A stretch of DNA of 64,000 nucleotides, taken from the human T2T-CHM13v2.0 reference genome, Homo sapiens. The stretch lies in assembly GCF_009914755.1 (NCBI RefSeq), contig NC_060944.1. One strand, written 5' to 3'. Made by a program: the position numbers and the translations under genes. The notes under the pieces were generated by a model, which saw nothing but the letters and a program-made list of their open reading frames with translations, did no database searches and had not been told where the DNA came from. Below, in pieces: positions 1 through 18,318 of this stretch. The first letter of the stretch is position 1, and every line of letters begins with the position of its first letter.

Positions 1-128
1 TTCTGCATCATCCGCCCTTCCGGATTCCTCCTGCTTTGTGGGTTATTTTTCTGTTTGGGTGACCTGTTACTTTTCAGTTATCCGATGTTTGAGGCCATAT
101 AGCGTAGCAGTTAAGAGCACAGACAAAA

Positions 129-432
129 GGCCGGGTGCAGTGGCTCACACCTGTAATCCCAGCCCTTTGGAAGGCTGAGGCGGGAGGATCACCTGAGGTC
201 AGGAGTTCGAGACCAGCTTAGCCAACATGATGAAACCCCATCTCTACTAAAAATACAAAAATTAGCTAGGTGCGGTGGCACATGCCTGTAATCCCAGCTA
301 CACTGGGGGCTGAAGCGGGAGAATCACTTGAATCCAGGAGGCGGAGTTTGCAGTGAGCTGAGATTGCGCCAGTGTGCTCCAGCCTGGGTGACAGAGCGAG
401 ACTCCGTCTCGAAAAAAAAAAAAAAAAAAAAA
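129..432 (+). mobile_element. AluS inserted in a MIR
   Basis: GGCCGGG start, dimeric body, poly(A), TSD AGCACAGACA. Confidence 0.93.
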
Positions 433-694
433 GCACAGACAGTGGAGTGCATACGTGCAAATCTCAGCCGTGCTGTTTGCTGGCTGTGTGGCCTCTCAGC
501 TTCGTTAACCGTAAAATGGAGCAAGTCATCCTACCTTATAGGACTGTGGTCAGGGCTGAGTGACTCGGTCAGTGAAGCGCTTGGTGCGATGCCTAGCACA
601 TGGTAGTGTCTAATAGGTCAGCTGTGACTGTTTGCAATGCCAGCCTCAGCTCCCGGGAGTCCCCAGCTGTGCTAACACCATGCTCTGCCCACAG

Positions 695-987
695 GTGTAC
701 CCCGTCCAGGAAGCCCTGGCCGTGCTGGAGCCCTACGCGCGGCTGCCCCCGCACAAGCATGTGGCTCGGCCCACTGAGGTCCTGGCTGGTACCCAGCTCC
801 TCTACGCCTTTTTCACTCGGACCCATGGGGACATGCACAGCCTGGTGCGAAGCCGCCACCGTATCCCTGAGCCTGAGGCTGCCGTGCTCTTCCGCCAGAT
901 GGCCACCGCCCTGGCGCACTGTCACCAGCACGGTCTGGTCCTGCGTGATCTCAAGCTGTGTCGCTTTGTCTTCGCTGACCGTGAGAG
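695..987 (+). CDS. TRIB3: TRIB3 (Tribbles pseudokinase 3) coding exon 3
   Basis: acag|GTG acceptor and AG|gtgagt donor; 293 nt; VYPVQEALAVLEPY...HGLVLRDLKLCRFVFADRE with the Tribbles LRDLKLxxF catalytic-loop motif. Confidence 0.97.
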
Positions 988-1080
988 GTGAGTGTGGTCT
1001 CAGAGACCCCAGCCACAGACACACCCAGGGGGTGGGCCATGATGGAGAGAAACCGAGGCCCAGGAAGGCAAGGTAACTTA

Positions 1081-1564
<484 letters not shown>

Positions 1565-1965
1565 TTACAAACACGAGGCAGGTACTGTTATTATCCCCAT
1601 ATGATCAAGGAAACTGAGGCCCAGAGAGCTCAAGTAACTTGCCCAAGATCCCATAGCAGAATAAATGGTAGAGCTGGGATTTGAACCTAGATCTGACTCC
1701 AGAGCCTGGGTCTTAATTCAATCTGAGCTTGAGAGGCAGGGGCCTGGCTGGGCTTACCAACTGACTTTGGGTGACCTAGTGTCTCTGAGCCTCAGTTTCT
1801 CCGTTGGTAAGGAAAAGGGCTGGATTGTTAGGGTGTTTTCAGGATTCCAAGACCACAGCCAAAATAGGGTCTGAGGTTCCCCACACGGGAACGTTTTCTG
1901 TGAAACTGAGAATTAGCACTTTTTGGTTAAAAGAATCTTCCTTCTCTAGGTTGGGATGCTAAGAA

Positions 1966-4864
<2,899 letters not shown>

Positions 4865-5601
4865 TTACACACTTTTTTTTTTGCCCTGCTTACCTGTTTG
4901 TGTTTTTTATATAAACTGGTTGCCAATATTTTTTAAATGGGGACCTTTTCATTAAAATACAATTCCTGGCTTCTCTTGGGGAAAACAATGGGAATGTGGG
5001 GCCATCTTGGGAACTGCGAGGGTGGGTCACAGCACTGGCTCTGAGTATCTGCCAGCCAGCGTTCCCATCCCAGGCCCATGCTCTACAGCTGTAAAATGGT
5101 GTCTTCCTTGCAGGCTGTAGCCTAGATAGAATGAGGTGAGCCAGGTAATGAGCTGGGTCAAGGGCCAGGAACACAGCAGGCACTTGGTAAACCCTAGAAT
5201 GCGTTGTGTACCCTTTTTAGGTAGCGCTTGTGCTGAGATGTCAGGCACACTTCCTGTTTCTCTCATCTTATTACCTGCCTGGACCCTAAGTTTGTAGCTG
5301 GTTTAAGAGAGGCTTAACCCTCTCAGCCCCATCAGCCCCCTCCCCAAGGGACTCTGTTGAAAAATGTATTCCTTTCAGAATTTTAGTTTAAATTTAATTG
5401 CTCTGTGGCCTTAAATGACTTAACCTCTCTGAGCCTGGGCTTGGGTATCTGTAAAACAGGATCAGACATCACAGGACTGGCTTGTGTCTGTCAAAGGCCA
5501 GCAGGCACTTGGAAAGTGGGTGCCACAAGGGTGATAGCATGGGGTGGTGGCATGGGGGTTCTGGGTAGGACCTGACCCTTCTGTTTCTCCCCATGTCCCA
5601 G

Positions 5602-6094
5602 GAAGAAGCTGGTGCTGGAGAACCTGGAGGACTCCTGCGTGCTGACTGGGCCAGATGATTCCCTGTGGGACAAGCACGCGTGCCCAGCCTACGTGGGACC
5701 TGAGATACTCAGCTCACGGGCCTCATACTCGGGCAAGGCAGCCGATGTCTGGAGCCTGGGCGTGGCGCTCTTCACCATGCTGGCCGGCCACTACCCCTTC
5801 CAGGACTCGGAGCCTGTCCTGCTCTTCGGCAAGATCCGCCGCGGGGCCTACGCCTTGCCTGCAGGCCTCTCGGCCCCTGCCCGCTGTCTGGTTCGCTGCC
5901 TCCTTCGTCGGGAGCCAGCTGAACGGCTCACAGCCACAGGCATCCTCCTGCACCCCTGGCTGCGACAGGACCCGATGCCCTTAGCCCCAACCCGATCCCA
6001 TCTCTGGGAGGCTGCCCAGGTGGTCCCTGATGGACTGGGGCTGGACGAAGCCAGGGAAGAGGAGGGAGACAGAGAAGTGGTTCTGTATGGCTAG
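5602..6094 (+). CDS. TRIB3: TRIB3 final coding exon (C-lobe, HPWL motif, COP1-binding AQVVPD)
   Basis: cccag|G acceptor in phase with exon 3; LENLEDS replaces DFG; [23 protein letters not shown]; TAG 6092-6094. Confidence 0.97.
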
Positions 6095-6940
6095 GACCAC
6101 CCTACTACACGCTCAGCTGCCAACAGTGGATTGAGTTTGGGGGTAGCTCCAAGCCTTCTCCTGCCTCTGAACTGAGCCAAACCTTCAGTGCCTTCCAGAA
6201 GGGAGAAAGGCAGAAGCCTGTGTGGAGTGTGCTGTGTACACATCTGCTTTGTTCCACACACATGCAGTTCCTGCTTGGGTGCTTATCAGGTGCCAAGCCC
6301 TGTTCTCGGTGCTGGGAGTACAGCAGTGAGCAAAGGAGACAATATTCCCTGCTCACAGAGATGACAAACTGGCATCCTTGAGCTGACAACACTTTTCCAT
6401 GACCATAGGTCACTGTCTACACTGGGTACACTTTGTACCAGTGTCGGCCTCCACTGATGCTGGTGCTCAGGCACCTCTGTCCAAGGACAATCCCTTTCAC
6501 AAACAAACCAGCTGCCTTTGTATCTTGTACCTTTTCAGAGAAAGGGAGGTATCCCTGTGCCAAAGGCTCCAGGCCTCTCCCCTGCAACTCAGGACCCAAG
6601 CCCAGCTCACTCTGGGAACTGTGTTCCCAGCATCTCTGTCCTCTTGATTAAGAGATTCTCCTTCCAGGCCTAAGCCTGGGATTTGGGCCAGAGATAAGAA
6701 TCCAAACTATGAGGCTAGTTCTTGTCTAACTCAAGACTGTTCTGGAATGAGGGTCCAGGCCTGTCAACCATGGGGCTTCTGACCTGAGCACCAAGGTTGA
6801 GGGACAGGATTAGGCAGGGTCTGTCCTGTGGCCACCTGGAAAGTCCCAGGTGGGACTCTTCTGGGGACACTTGGGGTCCACAATCCCAGGTCCATACTCT
6901 AGGTTTTGGATACCATGAGTATGTATGTTTACCTGTGCCT

Positions 6941-6946
6941 AATAAA
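6941..6946 (+). terminator. TRIB3: TRIB3 polyadenylation signal AATAAA
   Basis: AATAAA ~850 nt after the stop, with upstream TGTA and a downstream T-rich tract. Confidence 0.85.
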
Positions 6947-7652
6947 GGAGAATTATGAAATAATTTTATTTTTCTCTGCAATTTCTTCCATCCTTTCCAA
7001 CGATCTCTTACCAGTTTTTCCTGCCTTCAAAACTGGCCCCCATGGTGAAAGGCCGTAGAGTTGTGTCTTAACCTGGGCTGAGTGGTTTGTGAGAACAGAT
7101 TACCTGGAGCCCAGTGGGTCTTCCTGCACTCCTTCTGTTTCTTCTGGCAGCAGCAGTGTCTCTATTAGGGTACTTTCTGAGTCAAAATGGCTTCAACAAG
7201 ATGGAAATATGTTTCACACAAAACAAGAAGTCAGCAGATAGGGTGGGCTTCAGTGCTGGTCCATTCAACTCCCAAAGCTGCGCACAGGGACCCCGGCTCT
7301 CCAGGCTCCTTCTGTCTCTTGGCTGTATTGTCTCGAGACTGCTGGCCCAATGGCTACAGCAGGTGTCACATTAAAGAGGTCCATGACCAGAGGAAGAAGC
7401 CAGGGGTCATTGTAGTACCTGAGAACTCAGAACTCTGGAGTCAGGCTGCCTGGAATTAAATCCTGGCTCCAGCACTCAATAGCTGTTTGACCCTTGGCAA
7501 GTTTCTTAACCACTCTATGCCTCAGATTCTTCATCTGTGAAATGGGGGACAATGATAGTACCTAACTTATGAGAACTAAATGACTTATTTTGTATAAAGC
7601 AATTAGAACAAGCAGCGCCTGGCATAATAAGCCCACAATAAAAGTTACTCCC

Positions 7653-8036
<384 letters not shown>

Positions 8037-8364
8037 TCAGAACTGCATCACTTGCCGTTTCTGACCAATCACCAGCTTACATTCATGGGGCACGTGCTTA
8101 CACTAACCATGGCACTCCTCGAGCTAAGTGGAGCTCATGCGTCATATGGAGGGGTAGTGACTCCTGAGCAAAACCAGGTTCAAAGAGGGAGGGGATCGTA
8201 GGGAAAAGAATGTGCGGAAGTGCGGAGGCCCAGCCAACAGCCTGCTAACTGCAGATACTCGAGAGCGGCCACCCTAGATCATCTGACCCAGGCTGGCCCA
8301 TGCTAGAATTGCCCAGTGACCCGCAAGGTCATGAGCTAATTGAGCTAAATAAAATCATTGTGTT

Positions 8365-9515
<1,151 letters not shown>

Positions 9516-10645
9516 TCACTCTTATCAAATAATGGATGTCACCACACCCCTGACCCTAATTAGTGAGGACTTTCATGTTCTACTTGTCTTCATTTAATCA
9601 TCATTGTATAAGAGTTTTACAATATCAAATTAGTAGATGTATATTACTGAAAGGGAAGGACTGTTAGAAATTTACTTGAGGAATGTCTGCCACTGGGGGC
9701 TGAACACAAAAGATCCTATTGTGACCTGCCAGATTATTCACTCACTTAGCAATTCAACAACCATCGCTGAATGCCTACTATAGGCCAGGTGCCATGCAAG
9801 ACAGATGTGCTCCCACCCTCAAGGGTTCACAGTCTAATAGAGGAGAGAGATGTTAAACAGATAACTGTACAGATGGCATAGCTAATTATATTCGTGGAAG
9901 TTCGTTGTGGCAAAGACAGGCATCTCAATATTTCAGGAGCTCCCCTATATTCTCTAGCCTCCCTTACAGTCACATGACTAGTTCTGACCAGTGGGGTGTG
10001 TGTAGGAGTGGCAGGCTGAAGCAATGGAGAGCTGGTGAGCCTCATCCCTCTCTTCCCCTGCCACAGCCACCTTGCGCCCACGAGTTCCCTTAGCTACAAG
10101 CTGGAGGAGAGCCACCAGATCCACCTTAGATTTCACTGAGCAAGAAATAAAGCTTCTTGCGTTAAGTCTTTCAGATTTGGAGTTTGTCTGGTAGATAGTG
10201 TCAATTACCATGACTAAGGAAAATTTGCCATTAGTGAAGGGAGGAAAAATATTCTCCACCAGTAACAAGGCCATGTCAGTCTGCTGCATTACAAACCCCA
10301 AACAGTAGTTTATGATCCTCTGGGCTGGCAATTTGGGCTGAATTCAGCTGGGTCACTCCTGCAGCTGCAGGCAGCAAGCAGCTCGAATGTCTACCTTGCC
10401 AGGAAGGCTCTTCTCTGCTCCACATGGCCTCGTCCTCCAATAGGCATAGCCTACTCCTTCCTATGGTGGTCTCAGGGTTTCAGAAAGCAACAAGAGAGGA
10501 CAAATTCCAGTGTTCAAGCTGCACTAGTGTCAAAGCATATCAAATAGCATGTCAAATTCCACATCAAATTCAGGATGCAGGCAAATTGATTCTTTCTCTT
10601 GATGGGAAGAGCTGAAAATAATGTGTGGTCTTGTTTTTCAATGTA

Positions 10646-11589
<944 letters not shown>

Positions 11590-11787
11590 TACAACATGAG
11601 ATATATTTGATCAAATAAGATGAGGTGCACCTAAAACTGTCCCTACAGGTTGTATGCCCCTGAGTAAATTGCTTGGTGTCTCTGGATCTCCAGCTGTTCC
11701 CCTTCTCTCTGCATGGCTAAGCCCTGTCCGTCACTTGGGGCTGGACCTAGAGCCCTGCCTGGCCACTAAGCCCTCAGAACAGGGTTT

Positions 11788-12362
<575 letters not shown>

Positions 12363-12895
12363 TATTTGAAGAAATCCGGACTCCTTGGGGACTCAAATCT
12401 TATTTCAGCTCTTCTCTGGACTAGTTTGACTTTAGCCTTGGTGTAAAATGGGTATACATTTTACACGCCTGTGACGCCAGGATGCGCTCACAGGGGAGGG
12501 AGGGCTTTATCAGAGGTCAGAATCTAAGCCACCACTACAGTTGTACTAGATCCAAGGAGAAAGACTCCCAGGCCTCATTTCCTCATCGTTCTCTCTTCTC
12601 TTACCTGGCTTTATGGTTCTTCATAGCACTGAGCACCACCAGGCAGTGTATTTTATGTTTTTTTTGAGCTTTATAATGCCAGGGACTATGTTTTGTTTAT
12701 AACTGTTCACCCAGTTCCTAGAACAGTGCCTGGTACACAGGAGTGCTCAATAAATGTTTGTGGAATGACTGAATAAAAGTTGTTCCTGTACAGATTCCAC
12801 CTGCCTAGAGCAAAGCCAGGACACTGATTGGGATGAACACATAGCACATGCCAGACATGGCTTTGAGTGCTTTACCTGGATCATCTCACTTTATA

Positions 12896-13420
12896 TGTGA
12901 CAGCCAAATGGTCCCCAGTGACCTTCACCAGCTGCTATTCACGCCTTTGTACAGTTTCCTCCCATCCTAAGCTGGGCTGACCAGTGTAATGAATACAATA
13001 TTGTGAAATGAGAAAGTATGACTTTTAAGATTAGGTCATAAAATATGTTATGGCTTCTGCCTTGCTCTTCTGGATCATCTGCTCTGGGGACAGCCAGCTG
13101 CCATGTTGCGAGGACACTCAATTACCCCTGTGGAAACTTACATGTGGTGAGGATCGTAGGCATTCTGCAAATAACCAGCACCACCCAGGCACATAAAAGA
13201 GCTTTCTTGAGTCAATCCTCCAGCCCCAGTCAAGCCTTCAGATGACTGCAGCCCCAGGCGACATCTTAACTACAACCTCATGAGTGACCCTGAGCCAGAA
13301 CCATCTATGTAGCTGCTCCCCAGTTCCTAACCCACAGAAACTATGTGATAGCATACATGTTGATTGCTTTTTTAAGCAATTAATTTTGGGAAATTTGCTA
13401 CATATCAATAATTAATAACT
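12896..13420 (+). mobile_element. MLT1 (MaLR) solo LTR, MLT1F-like
   Basis: gccagctgccatgttg...gactgcagcccc...gaccctgagccagaacc...cccacagaaact hallmark segments. Confidence 0.75.
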
Positions 13421-13914
13421 TGTACAGATTCTCACAACAGCCTATGTGGGAGGAGCCATCATAATTACCATTGAACAGAGAAAGAAACTGAGGCCCAGAT
13501 AGGGGGAATCTTTGTCCAGGGTCACACAGATAGTGAACTGTAGCACTGAGATTGGAACCCAAGTTTGAATGACTAGAGTCTACCCACTGAGGTGAAGGTG
13601 TTCAAGTTGAATGCCAGCTCTTCCCCTGAAGGGCCAAGGCTGAGACCAGAAAGCCTGAAACAATATAGCTGCACCCAATATAAATATATGCAGGTAACTC
13701 AGGGCTGATGGTACATGACCATAATAAATCAGCAGGGTCATCAGGAGAAAACAAGACAACAGGAGCGAAAACAGATAGAAACAAATATGCCCAGAGTTTG
13801 TATATCGGTATTATCAGACGCAGATTATAAAACAAAATGTTGGCCGGGCACGGGGGCTCATGCCTGTAATCCCAGCACTTTGGGAGGCCAAGGCGCATGG
13901 ATCACCTGAGGTCA

Positions 13915-14124
<210 letters not shown>

Positions 14125-14241
14125 CTAAAAAAAAAAAAAGTTTACTGCGTTTAAATAAATAAATAACCTAGAAACATTGCCAAAGTATAGAAAATTATAT
14201 CACATGACAACAAATTTTAAAATAACCTAACAGAACTTCTA

Positions 14242-14406
<165 letters not shown>

Positions 14407-14553
14407 TTAGCCAGGAGTGGTGGCAGACACCTGTAATCCCAGCTACTCAGGAGGCTGAGGCAGGAGAATCACCTGAACCCGGGAGGCAGAGGTTGCAGTG
14501 AGCTAAGATCGTGCCATTTGCACTCCAGCCTGGGCAACAAGAGTGAAACTCTG

Positions 14554-14554
<1 letters not shown>

Positions 14555-14584
<30 letters not shown>
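14555..14584. repeat. (CA)15 microsatellite replacing an Alu tail
   Basis: Read directly. Confidence 0.95.
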
Positions 14585-14586
<2 letters not shown>

Positions 14587-15299
14587 TTAAATTTAAAAGA
14601 TGGGCTAAACAGCAAATTAGATATGGCTAAAGAGGGAATTAGTGAGACAGAAATCAGACACCAATCACAGATTCAAGAAACTCCATAAATTTTACACATA
14701 GACACATCATAGTAAAAGTGCAAAAAGCCAAAGATTTTTTTTAAAAAAACTCTTAAAAGCACTCAGAGGAAAAGAATCAGAGATTCTAAAAACAAAAAAC
14801 AAAACAAAACAAAAAAACCCCAAAACAACAACAACAAAAAACAAACAAAAAACCAGTACTACAACATGGATAAACCTCAAAAACGTTATGTCAAGAAAAA
14901 CCCCAAAGTTATGCCAAGTGAAAGAAGCCAGTCACAAAGGTTCACATATTGTCAAAATCTAATTTTCTTTTTGAGACAGGGTCTCACTCTGTCACCCAGG
15001 CTGGAGTGCAGTGGGACGATCACTGCTCTACAGGTGCACGCCATCACACTCGGCTAATTTTTGTATTTTTTGTAGAGATGGGGTTTCACCATGTTGCCCA
15101 GGCTGGTCTTGAATTCCTGGGCTCAAGCGATCCACCTGGCTTGGCCTCCCCAAGTGCTGGGATTACTGGCATGAGCCACTGTGGCCCATCAGTAAGATCT
15201 AATTTCTATAAAATATCAAGAAGAGGAAAGTCTATAGAGACATAAAGTATATTAGTGCTGTCAGTTGGAGGATGGGAAACAGGGAATGTCTGCTAATGA

Positions 15300-15650
<351 letters not shown>

Positions 15651-15749
15651 TAAAATTTGATTGTGATGATGGGTGTACAATTCTGTAAATGTTACTAAAA
15701 ACTATTGAATTGTATATTTTAGGTGGGTGGATTTTATGGCATATAAATT

Positions 15750-15866
15750 ATATCTCAATAAAGCTGTTTATAAAAAGAACAGCAGTTAGATTGACAGGTG
15801 ATGATATCTCAATAAAGCTGTTTATAAAAAGAACAGCAGTTAGATTGACAGGTGATGATATCTCAA
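15750..15866. repeat. Perfect 54-bp tandem duplication
   Basis: ATATCTCAA at 15750, 15804, 15858; the two 54-mers are identical. Confidence 0.93.
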
Positions 15867-16105
15867 CAGCAACCATTTCCCAGCATTTTGGGAGGCCGAG
15901 GTGGGCAGATCATTTGAGCCCAGGAGTTCAAGACCAGCCTGGGCAACATGACCAAACCCTGTCTCTACAAAAATTAGCCAGCTGTGGTGGCACGTGCCCG
16001 TGGTTTGCAGCTACTCGGGAAGCTGAGCCCAGGAGTTGGAGGCTGTAGTGAGCCATGATCACGCCACTGCACTCCAGCCTGGGCAACAAGAGTGAAACTC
16101 CATCT

Positions 16106-16143
<38 letters not shown>

Positions 16144-17349
16144 TTCCCCAGGCCATTCAAATGTACAGCCAAAGTTAAGAAACATTGTCTAAAGGGATGT
16201 GTTTCCGGCAAAAGAAAAATTATCCCAGATGAAGGTCTGAGGTTCATTCCTTCATTCAACATATGGAGCCTCCATTATGTGTTTGGAACTGTTCTAGACA
16301 CCAGGAACACAGCAGTGAGCAAAACAAACCAAAGTCCCTGCCCTCTAGGAGAGGAAAACAGACCCAGAATAACATAAATAAGTAAAACATGCTCCGTTAG
16401 ACAGTAATAGATGCTGAGAAGAAAAAAATGAAGCCAGGAAAGCGGATGTGAAATGCTGGATACGTGTGTCTGTGAAATTTCAGATGGAGTAGCTAGGGAA
16501 GATTTTTGGGTAAAGACCAAAATAAAGGGAAGGAGGGAGCCATGCAGACGTTTGGGTTATGGCAGGTGCAAAGGCCTTAAGGCGGGAGTGTGTCTGACTT
16601 ACTCCAGGACCCAGCAGGTCAATGGGACTTGAGTGGAATGAGGCAGGGGCAGGGCAGTCAGCTACGAAGACAGAGATCGGGAGGCAATTTGCGAGCCCTG
16701 GGACAGATCTCGGATTTTGCTTTAAGTGAGATGGGAGTACTTGGGTCGGGGAGTGGCATGGGTTTGATTTACATTTTAACAGGACTCTCCGGCAGCTAGG
16801 TGGAAATGGACGGTAGGGGGCAAAAAGAGAAGCAAGGAGGCCCAGGAGGAGGCTGGTTCAAGACCCCTGAGATGATGGAGCACTGATGGAGCTGGAGCGG
16901 GATGGGGCCGGAGGAGGTGAGGGATGAGATTCTGCAAGTGGAGCCCGCAGGATCTGCTGATCGATGGGACGAGGAACGGGAGAAAAATTAAAGCGGCGCA
17001 TGAGGCAGACGAATGCAAACTTCACCAATAGCTCAACGAAAAGACAGACGGTGACCGCTGAGAGGCAGCGTCGGATCTGGGTAAGGGCGGGTTCCTGAGC
17101 CTGCCAGGCCTGGATTCAAACCTCGGCTGAGTGGCCTTGGACAGGTCATCAACAAACAGAGCCTTCGTTTATTCATGTGCAAACGGGGCCAAGGACCGGG
17201 CCTGCCCCGAGGTATGCCTGAGGCTTGGGTGAGCAGGCGCCGGGCTCGCAGGGCGCGCTCCTAACCCGTCCCCAGCGGCTTGACGCTGTGGATCCCGCCG
17301 CCCTCCAGCCCCGGCTCCGGCGCCGACTCCTGCTCAGGCTCCTGCTCCT

Positions 17350-17603
17350 GCCCCCGGCCCCGCCCCCGGCCCCGCCCCGCCCCCCGGCCCCGCCCACCCC
17401 GCCTCGCGGCCCCCGGCCCCGCCCCCGGCCCCGCCCACCCCGCCTCGCGGCCCCCGGCCCCGCCCCCGGCCCCGCCCACCCCGCCTCGCGGCCCCCGGCC
17501 CCGCCCCCGGCCCCGCCCACCCCGCCTCGCGGCCCCCGGCCCCCGGCCCCGCCCCCGGCCCCGCCCACCCCGCCCCGGCCCCGCCCACCCCGCCTCGCGG
17601 CCC
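17350..17603. repeat. 41-bp GC-rich VNTR (GCCTCGCGGCCCCCGGCCCCGCCCCCGGCCCCGCCCACCCC)
   Basis: GCCTCGCGG recurs at 17401, 17442, 17483, 17524 (period 41) and 17592 (variant unit). Confidence 0.93.
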
Positions 17604-17836
17604 AGCTCCTTCCCGCGGCTCTGCGATGCGGCCCGCAGGGTGACCCGGGCGGGAGTCCGGGGACCCGCGATCAGCCCCGGAGGACGGGGTGGGGTCGCCC
17701 CAAACAGGAGCGCCGGGACCGCTGGGACCCCGCACTCGGCGTCCGCCGCCGCCGGGTAGCCGGGCAGTGGAGGTCCCGGATGAGGCGACAATTTTTCCGG
17801 CCCCCCCTCCCAGTCCCGCCCCACTTCCGGGGCCGC

Positions 17837-17851
17837 CACTTTCACTTTCTC
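17837..17851 (-). promoter_or_regulatory. IRF-E/ISRE-like element GAGAAAGTGAAAGTG
   Basis: + strand CACTTTCACTTTCTC; tandem GAAA cores with IRF1/2/PRDM1 spacing. Confidence 0.65.
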
Positions 17852-18277
17852 TTCCGCCGAAGCCGCTCCCCTTGCGAAGAACTGGGGCCTCCCGGGAGGA
17901 GAGAGGGCTTTGCCTTGAAACCCGGGACGCCAGGGGCGCTCCCGCAAGTGGGGGTCCTCCGGGACTTGGAACGCCCCGGCTGGGTGGTGTCCGGGCGTCC
18001 TTTCCCCGCTTCTTCCCACCTCGGCTGGTCCCGTTTCCTCCTGCGCCCAGTGCGGACCTGTCTCGGCGCCCGCTGCCCTCTCACCGCCCCACGCAGGATC
18101 CCGGCCTGGTCACCGGGCAGTGTGATGCTTCCCGACTGCCGCGGGGACAGCGAGGCACACACAGGGCTTGGGCCGCGCCGGAGGCCACACGGCCTGGCTG
18201 AGTTGCTCCTGGTCTCCCGCCTCTCCCAGGCGACCCGGAGGTAGCATTTCCCAGGAGGCACGGTCCCCCCCAGGGGG

Positions 18278-18318
18278 ATGGGCACAGCCACGCCAGATGG
18301 ACGAGAAGACCAAGAAAG
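18278..18318 (+). CDS. RBCK1: Alternative-frame start MGTATPDGREDQE (short HOIL-1 isoform when exon 2 is skipped; overlapping uORF when it is included)
   Basis: 41 nt to the donor = phase 2, the same as the end of exon 2, so splicing to exon 3 is in frame (..QE-R-LWVSV); matches my recollection of the 468-aa HOIL-1 N-terminus. Confidence 0.75.
18297..18318 (+). CDS. RBCK1: RBCK1/HOIL-1L exon 1 coding part (MDEKTKK)
   Basis: ATG GAC GAG AAG ACC AAG AAA G|gtgggc. Confidence 0.95.

Noticed and set aside
593-1076. Alternative-frame and antisense ORFs over TRIB3 exon 3
   Set aside because: Start in intron or antisense; expected shadows of a GC-rich coding exon
15750-17603. Spaced repeats resembling CRISPR arrays
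   Set aside because: Eukaryotic DNA; units are head-to-tail with no unique spacers and no cas genes
17173-18244. Long Pro/Gly/Arg-rich ORFs on both strands (up to 339 aa)
   Set aside because: Caused by the stop-free GC VNTR and CpG island; several start at non-ATG codons; no domain features
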